Origin: Octopus vulgaris
Lineage: Eukaryota
Direction of reading: 5' to 3'
Assembly (NCBI GenBank): GCA_951406725.2
Contig: OX597818.1
Span: 91,760,001 to 91,824,000 of the forward strand
DNA length: 64,000 nt
This document shows, one piece after another, positions 55,026-64,000 of the stretch. Made by a program: the position numbers and the translations under genes. A model generated the notes under the pieces. It worked only from the letters and a program-made list of their open reading frames with translations, was not told where the DNA came from and did not search any database. Each line of letters starts with the position of its first letter. Position 1 is the first letter of the stretch.

Positions 55026-55716
55026 TACTGCAGCATGGTGTGTTTCTATTTTTATTGTTATTCAGGTTTGTGTGTTGGCTTGAGGCCCCGTTTCTGTTTG
55101 TGCGTCGGGTCCCTGGAAGATGAGTGAAGGGACAGTCACTCAGTAGACATGTTCTCTCACGTTGGGAATACCGGCAGATTTTGGGACTCCGAGTTGTGTG
55201 TGTTTTGAATTTCGATTTACTATTTGGTGGTGTTGATGTTATTGTGGGATGCGTGCTTTGGCCTTGGCCGGTAGTGCGTCTAGTGCCGGGTAGATGCGTG
55301 AAGATGCAGTCACTATTTGTGCAGAGTCTCTGGCGCAGTGAATAGCGGCATATTTGGGGATTTCTTGTTTGTGCTGTGGGGGGCGCATTCTGCTTCCTAT
55401 GTTTCTTTAAGTTTTTGTTACTGCAGTAGTATTGAGGTGGTGATGTGGGGGAAGAGGGCAGTGGTTTCTTATTTGGTTTTCTGTTGGTATTTTTGGTGAT
55501 AGAAGACGATGGTGGCAGCGGTGGTGATGATGATGATGATAATTGTGGTGGTTGCTGTGAGAGCGGTGAAAAGATACTGGCATTTAGTGAATCGTCTAGT
55601 AAGCTAGAGTTGAGGAGTGGCTGTTGTTGTTCTTGTTGCTGTGGCTGTTGTTGTTGTTGTTGTGCCTGACCGATGTCAGGGTCAGCCATTGTGCTGGGAA
55701 CCAGGGAGTGGCTCAT
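54898..55716 (-). CDS. LINE ORF1: low-complexity protein with two C-x8-C-x4-C-x3-H zinc fingers
   Basis: CRYSLRQRLCTNSDCIFTHLPGTRRT (55294-55350) and CRYSQRERTCLLSDCPFTHLPGTRRT (55120-55176); overlaps the ORF2 start; true start may be the ATG at 55689. Confidence 0.75.
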   Translation of the reverse strand: MSHSLVPSTMADPDIGQAQQQQQQPQQQEQQQPLLNSSLLDDSLNASIFSPLSQQPPQLSSSSSPPLPPSSSITKNTNRKPNKKPLPSSPTSPPQYYCSNKNLKKHRKQNAPPTAQTRNPQICRYSLRQRLCTNSDCIFTHLPGTRRTTGQGQSTHPTITSTPPNSKSKFKTHTTRSPKICRYSQRERTCLLSDCPFTHLPGTRRTNRNGASSQHTNLNNNKNRNTPCCSNAGPVFSGRHKNNNNKSGNYNPIQQCNHTSSQKLLPKQENSF

Positions 55717-55977
55717 TCTGTTGTTGTTGTTGTTGTGGCTGCTGATTTTCTAGCTGTTGTTGTTCTTGAACTGTGAAAATATGAAGAAGCTTTTCAAAAT
55801 GGCCTCTTATCAGTTTGAAAGATACTTCGATATGTTTCAACTTGCTACGAATCTGTTTGACGGATCGTGTGTTGACCACTTGTGATGTTTTTTCGGCAAT
55901 CTCATTCAAACACAAGACATTTAGATTTTCTGTTTGGGAAAGAGAGAGCCATGTGTTATATATATATATATATATAT

Positions 55978-56458
55978 AAATGATTGAAACGATTAGAAGA
56001 ATAAAAGAATAAAGAATACACACGCACATATACATACACATAAATTACAAATATGTATAGACTACAATATGTATATATACACATATATATATAACGTACT
56101 TATATAAAGGTAAAGACCCCCTTCGGTCATGAATGACCATGGGATTGCACCTAGAAAGTTACCCTCCTAGACACAAGTCCGGGCAAGGTTGTTTATGGAA
56201 GACCAGCAGTCGCCCATGCATACCAGCCTCCCCTCTCCACGCCACCAGTGTTATCCAAGGGCAAGATAAAGGTCGATACAGCTTGGCACCAGTGAAGTCG
56301 CAACTCATTTCTACAGCTGAGTGAACTGGAGCAACGTGAAATGAAGTGCCTTGCTCAAGAACACAACACGCAGCCCGGTCCGGGATTCGAGCTCACAACC
56401 TCACGATCGTAAGCTCGACGGTCTAACCAGTGAGCCATGCGCCTTCACTATATACGTA

Positions 56459-56520
<62 letters not shown>

Positions 56521-56676
56521 TACGTATATAGTGAAGGCGCATGGCTCACTGGTTAGACCGTCGAGCTTACGATCGTGAGGTTGTGAGCTCGAATCCCGGA
56601 CCGGGCTGCGTGTTGTGTTCTTGAGCAAGGCACTTCAGGTCTAACCAGTGAGCCATGCGCCTTCACTATATACGTA

Positions 56677-56714
<38 letters not shown>

Positions 56715-57246
56715 TACGTATATAGTGAAGGCGCATGTCACGTTATATATATATATATATATAAGTACGTATATAGTGAAGGCGCATGGCTCACTGGTTA
56801 GACCGTCGAGCTTACGATCGTGAGGTTGTGAGCTCGAATCCCGGACCGGGCTGCGTGTTGTGTTCTTGAGCAAGGCACTTCATTTCACGTTGCTCCAGTT
56901 CACTCAGCTGTAGAAATGAGTTGCGACTTCACTGGTGCCAAGCTGTATCGACCTTTGCCTTGCCCTTGGATAACACTGGTGGCGTGGAGAGGGGAGGCTG
57001 GTATGCATGGGCGACTGCTGGTCTTCCATAAACAACCTTGCCCGGACTTGTGTCTAGGAGGGTAACTTTCTAGGTGCAATCCCATGGTCATTCATGACCG
57101 AAGGGGGTCTTTACCTTTATATAAGTACGTTATATATATATGTGTATATATACATATTGTAGTCTATACATATTTGTAATTTATGTGTATGTATATGTGC
57201 GTGTGTATTCTTTATTCTTTTATTCTTCTAATCGTTTCAATCATTT
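55978..57246. repeat. Foldback duplication with 486-bp arms, each containing a family-3 SINE, and a nested re-iterated centre
   Basis: 55978-56463 is the reverse complement of 56761-57246; only 2 adjacent substitutions seen (56266-56267). Confidence 0.93.
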
Positions 57247-58176
57247 GATTGCGGCCATGCTGGATACCCGACTTGAAGGATTTTAGTCGAACACATCGAT
57301 CGTAGGACTTGTTTTGTTAAATCTAGTACTTATTCTATCAGAGTCTTTTACTGAATTGCTAGTTTAAGGGGACGTAAATACACCAACACCGTTTGTCAAG
57401 TGGCGAACGAGGACAAACACAGACACAAAGACACACACATATAGATAGTTATATACATATCTGTCTACCAAATCTGCTCACAAGGCTCTGGTCGGCCCGA
57501 GTCTATGGTAGAAGACAATGGCATTAGGTGTCCCGGAGTCATGTGGTTGTGAACCAAACCTCTTACAACATTACCACACAGCTACGCCTGCACCTACGAC
57601 AATCTTCCACATATTTTATGCCTACCAACTTCGCTCACAAAAGTAGTGACTTCCTCAATGTGTCTCACTGTGGCACTGAACTGGGAACCAAGTAGTTGCA
57701 TGGCAAACTTCTTATCAACACAACAGAGATCATCATTTGATTAAAATATTTAAAAAAATAGCTCTGTGAATTATAAATAAAAAATACTGCAATGCTACAA
57801 TTTTCATTGTTCACAATACTTGCATTATATAAAGTGAAACAATACAGTAACAATGCATTCTTTATATATGTTTTTTCTTCTACTTGCTGCGTCAAAGGAG
57901 AGGGACAAACTATCTCCCCGGCGCCATCCACGACATTATTTTCCTTATTTATGTCGGGTATTCTGCAGTATAATCGATGTGCCATTAAAGAAGAGCTCGG
58001 CTTTATCAGACATTTTTTTCCAGATATTATATATCTAGGATTACATTATCTACTGTGTTCTTTCATTTTTGATTGTGTAGTGTACGATTTCAGGCCGGCT
58101 TCCCAGCTATTTCTGATACATCATTGGCTTTTCATGTCGTTGTTATGGTTGTTGTTATTGTGGTTATCGTTGTTAT

Positions 58177-58631
58177 CTTCTTCTTCTTCTTCTTCCAATC
58201 AGGACTCACGCCATTAGCCACAAAATATAATCTCTAATTCAAGCCTATTCTAAGCTACTAAGACTGCGCGTGGCGACTTGAAGACCCACCCGCCACACGC
58301 GATAGACTAGTGGTTGCACGGGCGCGAAAGCTACGTTGATATCCTCATCCTAAACGATGGCTTTTAACGGGTGGAGAGCTGAACCATCCTGGAGTCAGAG
58401 GATTCGCTATCTAGACTAGGTTCCTCTGCTTTGAGGCAGAAGTAGGAAGAAAGAGTGAAAGTTGTGGTGAAAGAGTACAGCGGGGTTCACCACCACCACC
58501 CCGTCGGAGCCTAGTGGAGCTTAGGTGTTTTTGCTCAATAAACACTCAAAATGCCCGGTCTGGGAATCGAAACCGCGTTCTTACGACCATGAGTCCGCTG
58601 CCCTAACCACTGGGCCATTGCGCCTTCACTG
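58177..58631 (-). mobile_element. Family-1-headed SINE with a distinct 3' body and (GAA)n tail
   Basis: Head GTGAAGGCGCAATGGCCCAGTGGTTAGGG...; similarity to 26208-26596 stops near 58440; unrelated body runs to the (TTC)n at 58177-58194. Confidence 0.65.
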
Positions 58632-60990
58632 TGGTTGTTGTTGTTTTCTTCTTTGCTATGTTGCTATTGTCGTCTCTCTTGTCTTAGTTTTGCCGATATT
58701 GTTGTTACTATAGGTGCAAGCGTAGCTGAGTGGTAAGAAGCTTGCCTCCCAACCACATCGTTCCGGGTTCAGTTCCTTGAATGCTTAGGGAATACATTCA
58801 CAAGTTACCAGTTGTGTGGCGTTAAATTTCGATCTCTCTCGTGTAGTGCTTTGATATTATTTATAGAAACTAAGTTTATAGGTTTCCATAACAGAATATA
58901 TGGAGATGAAGTCTTGGTGGGAGCATTTAATATGTCTTTATAAATTTCCAGTAAATAGAGATTATATGTGTAGATACAAACTAGAAGTATTATAGTCGTT
59001 TAAACATTTACTTTGTTAAAATATGTTTTTGCTTTGAAACCTTATATGCTGACAATAAATCTTAGTTGACCTTATGTATTCACTTTGCTGTATAGAGACT
59101 ATATGATTTACACAAATTATGTAAAAGCACTTTTGTATGGACACTAATTGTAAGTGGACACTCCGTGTGCGTCATCAACATATTTTAAAGAAAGTGTGTG
59201 TAGACATTAGTTCTTTGTAGTCACTTATAGTGTGTAGACACAGGCTCTAGATAACAAGGGAATATGCAGACCCTTCACGTCGCTCTTTCTCCTTTCCACT
59301 TCTCCCTCTCTTTCTCTCTCATTATCTGATAGTAAACGCTGTCTATGCGTAAACAATTTATGTACACAGTACAAAAGAACTTCAACAGAATAAAATTACT
59401 GATAATCGATACTGTCCCATTCAATTGTCATTTGACACTGTGTGTTATAGTAATGTCCGTCTTAAGTTCAAACACTAGAATGTCTATTGAATCTAAACGC
59501 TTTGTATGGGGGTTATTTTTTTTTCTATTCCCTATCCTCTTTACAGATTAGATTAATTTCTCTTCAAATCCGAAATAACACAAAAATGTGTATATGTGAC
59601 AGTTTATCGATGCCAGAATATCAATTACTGTCGATATATAAATTACATCTCAATATATAATGAAATCTGACTGACATATAATTAGCAACACAAGGGATCC
59701 TTGTGTCCTAGCTTTTACCTATTTCTTTACTACACACAAGGGGCTAAACACAGAGAAGACAAACAAGGACAAACGGATTAAGTCGATTACATCGGCCCCG
59801 GTGCGTAACTGATACTTAATTTATCGAACCCGAAAGGATGAAAGGCAAAGATGACCTCGGCCGAATTTGAACTCAGAACGTAACAGCTACGTATTTCGCC
59901 CAGCGTGCTAACGATTCTGCCAGCTCGCCGCCTTGCCACTGTTGCAATAATATTTCATTGTCTACACCATCAAGGATAAATCATTTATTGTTGCTAATTG
60001 TGTAACGTGTAAATGTAACTTGTTACGTTCATTCCAAACCATTTTAGAAATTATACAACCATTAATGTCGGATGATAATACAACAATTCAGTTCCAGATA
60101 TTTCAAAACATCTGAAACCTTAGTTATCACACTGTTATGAATAATATGTCACTTTCTAGTTTAGTTATGTTGTATGTTTTGCTCCGTATACACTGGCTTT
60201 AATGTAAAGTTAGTTTTCATACTGGCTCGTTATAGCAAGCTATCACAGTTTGTTTGAATATATCGATATCAGATAATATGTTAGTCATTTCCCCTATATT
60301 ATCTAAAATTATTTTATGAACGTACATTTAAATAATCACGACTATCATGTTTTTTTAGGTCCTTTAATAGAATCAATTCTACGTCGTTAACCCACGGCGT
60401 CTCTATGCTAAAGTATGGTGGAATCGATGAACTACAAAATGTAGTATTCAGTAAAGGATCACCAAAATCCACATTCTTTTGATCGAACAGTTTCAATTAA
60501 TACAGATATTTAGTATATGTGGTGCTAAACAGGATATACAAAATTGTTTCTCTTTGCAGTCGTATATAAAAATATTCACCGACATTTCAAGCTTCGTTCA
60601 TACACCCTTCTCCAGTTATTGCTCAGAGCAACAAGTTTCTGCATGAAACTGCACTATTAAGTAAAGTGTGTGCCAAATATGATTAACCAATCAGAGAAAT
60701 CTAGCACACGAAATGATCTCAACAAGAAACATCAGTGACCACCTACTCAAATGTGACCAACGATAAGCAAGTCATTTGGAGTGCATTATACTAGATGTCT
60801 CAGCAGTAACAACCAAATCTTTTTATTTCTCTCTCTTTCTCTCGACTGAACGATCAAAAATAACAAGCAATGCACCACTTTCGCTTGAATAAATAGCCTA
60901 TCGTATCCTATGAGTACATTTTCTCGTTTGTGCTTCTAATCGTATATAGATTGATATTTTGTGTTTGCGTGCGTGCTTCTGTATGTGTGA

Positions 60991-61037
<47 letters not shown>

Positions 61038-61044
61038 TATGTCT

Positions 61045-61080
<36 letters not shown>

Positions 61081-61364
61081 AATACTTATTGTTAAATCAA
61101 TGAATAGGTTTCAAGCTAGTATCCATGTATTTGGGCCCAAAAACCTGCGGAAACACGATGGAAATCGCAGCCTGCAGAAATTTCTCCTGGGAGTGACTAT
61201 ATTTACTTACAACATAATGGAATACCATGGATTATAGTAACACCTTAACATGAAGTTCTTACCATTCCTTACTATGTCTACTACATTATTTTATTTTATT
61301 TTATTTTATTTTACGCTACTCTTATTTTGACTTACTTTCCCACATGTTAGTTTCCTAATATTTG

Positions 61365-61489
61365 GATTCCCTGAAGAAGCCTTGGGGCTCAACCATTGCC
61401 CAATGTTTGTTCATCCCTGAATATCACGAACGTGATGAAGATATCTTGGAAAATTTGGATTCGTCGTGGTTGAAATGGCTGTAAGAGTT
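61365..61489 (+). ncRNA. Degenerate hammerhead-like motif with long loop 2
   Basis: GATTCC-CTGAAGA-AGCC...GGTT-GAAA-TGGCTG-TA-AGAGTT; core intact, stems rely on G-U pairs, one mismatch at the base of stem I. Confidence 0.45.
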
Positions 61490-61648
61490 TAGTATCTGTA
61501 CACTCATCATTTACTTATTTATCGGCTTCTTTCATTCGGTTACTTGAATCACTTTCATATATGTTTGTATTCAATTAATAAATAGATATAATTCAATGTT
61601 TACTGGCTGATGTTTGCCGATCGTTTATCCTCTCCATTTTCTTATTTG

Positions 61649-61730
<82 letters not shown>

Positions 61731-61753
61731 GCACACATATGCACATTTGTTGA

Positions 61754-61798
<45 letters not shown>

Positions 61799-62287
61799 CA
61801 TGCGCATGTGTGTAAGGTCCCTCAGGAACAAAAAGAGAAACAAATGCATTTTTTAGTAAATTTTCTTTTATTATTCTGATTTCATTTTTCCTCAAACAGC
61901 ATTTTTATATTATATAGCATTTTTCAGTCTAACGTCTAATCCTTACATACATATTTTAAACATATCATCAATATTCGGACACAATGCTACACCATTAATT
62001 GAATCGTCAAAGTGATGTAGCAGGTCAAATTGTCAACGCTATTCTAACATATCAGTGATGATAATTTCTGTCGACAAAATTTTCACATAGATTCTCAGAA
62101 TTATGTGATTATTCTTTCATACATTTTACGTTTATATTTTTCTTCTAGAGACTGAACGAATTTTGTAAAACTATTCTGTAAAACTATATATACTCTTGTT
62201 TGTGTTTTTGGTATGGTTGAAGTTTATGGTTTCATATTCTCAATCCAATTGCTGTTATTGATAACGATTGCTTTGTATTGCAAATCT

Positions 62288-62452
62288 TTAGAAATCAGTT
62301 TGACATCTCCTTTGCAAGTAACTGGACAACTTAGAATGGTTCATCACACGTTCTCTCAGTGACATCAGTTTAGGATAGCTGCTCAGGAAAGATGAGTTTT
62401 CCATCATTGGATTTTCAAGGGCGCAATAGCACATCATATCTGCCATGGATAT
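62288..62452 (-). CDS. S-crystallin gene C, exon 6 ([54 protein letters not shown])
   Basis: TTCATAG acceptor; TAA at 62288-62290; 165 nt, as in gene B exon 6. Confidence 0.95.
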   Translation of the reverse strand: MSMADMMCYCALENPMMENSSFLSSYPKLMSLRERVMNHSKLSSYLQRRCQTDF

Positions 62453-63672
62453 CTATGAACAAGAAATATTAACAATAGTTAATAAATAATCATTTTATAT
62501 ATCAAGCAAAAAATCACAGTTACAAAACGAAAGGGTACTATTCGTGATATTGATACCATACTGGACTCATTCGTTATTTTGTCGGCCCTGGAGAAACGAA
62601 TGTTTTTAATTCAGTGTGTAAATAAATATGACTAAATATTCACAGGGATTGTGTACAGCACTGCCATTTTGCCAATCAAGTGTTTGTAACATAGATTGAA
62701 AGAGTAAATTTGGGGCAAGAAATAGAATGGGTTAAATTGAATCCAGTTCTAAACTAGAAATCTACAGTTAAATTTCATATCAGCAAAAGGTGAAAACAAA
62801 CCTCAAACCTACGTAAATATATAGCAAAGTTATTTAGTACTGTGCGCTGAACACCCTAACAGCTCCTTGCCTTCCAGAAATTTTCAGTGGGTTTCAAACA
62901 ATTAATCCACGATTGGAACAGGGTAAGCATGTATAGTAAACGTCTTCCACATGGAACATACTGAACTTTTTCTCGACCAGATAAGTAAAGAGGGTTAACT
63001 GATTCTGACAATGTTTAAATACGAGTTAAAAACATAACAAAATAATAATTCACTGCTCTTTACAAGAAACTCATAAAAGGTACATGGCTTTAGAAAATAA
63101 TGCCCTGTATTTCTAGTTATTATAGGTTGTCTGAAACTAGTGTATTGATGGTGAAGGCAATGCCAGACGTTAATATTAAATGGTAACAGTTTGGGTGGGG
63201 AGATAATTTAGCTTCTTGCTTAAATAAACAAACTGAGCTTAATTATACCACCTTAGACTCCGGAAGAAGGTGTACATCTATACGGTGTGTAAGACCGAGT
63301 AAGGATTTAGTTATATTATCTTTCTTTTGGGGGTTGTATTCAATCAACATACAGTACTTCTGGCGAATATATAATTTTGAATGGCTGTTTTTATCCGGAG
63401 TGTTATATAGAATTCTCGTATAATTTAAAAGTGCAAGCATAAATGATAAATTCGCTGAGTAGTTACTGATACTTTAATTACGTACAAATGACAACTTATA
63501 ATTCTACCTAATGTCAAATTAAGAACAATTAAGAGCAGCTTCAATACATTCTGTTTGGAAGTTATTCATGAACCAGAAAACATCGCTTCTGTCGCAAACA
63601 ACCTCGGACATAAAGCATAGATTTTGTATATTGTCACTAACAGTAAATAAAATAAGAAAACAAGAAAATTAC

Positions 63673-63780
63673 CTGGTCTCCCATAAAGTATTGGTTTCCA
63701 CCATTGTACATATCCAAAGTTCTTTCCATGTATGGAAGAATTCTGCGGCAGGTCTCTTCAAATCTCATACGTTTCTCAGA
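63673..63780 (-). CDS. S-crystallin gene C, exon 5 ([36 protein letters not shown]); exons 1-4 lie beyond the right edge
   Basis: CTTGTCAG acceptor and GTAATT donor; 108 nt. Confidence 0.95.
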
Positions 63781-64000
63781 CTGACAAGAAAAATTTCAAT
63801 AATACATTTTAATTTTCTGTTCACAACTCATATATTACTAGATTTCATACATTATCGCTCTTTACATATATTTAATATATTACACTTAATATAATTCCAA
63901 GCAATACAGGACAGCTTATTTCGTTATATAAATACATACATACATATATACATACACAGACAGACAGACAGACAGACAGATAGATAGATAGATAGATAGA

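Larger units (their letters stand above)
51701..55956 (-). mobile_element. Near full-length CR1-group LINE inserted in (TA)n
   Basis: ORF1 plus APE-RT ORF2; short 3' UTR with hairpins (GGCCA-TTAT-TGGCC, CACCA-CC-TGGTG); 8-mer tandem tail TACTTTGA x2 at 51701-51716; (TA)n on both sides. Clade assignment is by motif recognition only. Confidence 0.9.

Overview
AT-rich, microsatellite- and transposon-dense animal DNA, almost certainly octopus, judged from the S-crystallin sequence and SINE content. The window holds part of a tandem, minus-strand S-crystallin (sigma-GST-derived lens crystallin) cluster. Gene A shows exons 1-4 (8854->827, continuing past the left edge), gene B is complete (6 exons, 37878->26988, 215 aa), and gene C shows exons 5-6 (63780->62288, entering from the right edge). 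Between and inside the genes are tRNA-derived SINEs, Tc1/mariner remnants and a MITE. There is also a nearly intact CR1-group LINE (51701-55956) with CCCH-finger ORF1, whose 5' end abuts a 1.27-kb foldback duplication, plus many Penelope-like (PLE) remnants. The least expected signal is non-coding: about nine type I hammerhead-ribozyme motifs of several sequence families. One lies in sense orientation inside intron 2 of gene B, and one sits in a 497-nt tandem unit resembling a PLE pLTR or retrozyme. All calls were made by eye; no folding or database searches were run.
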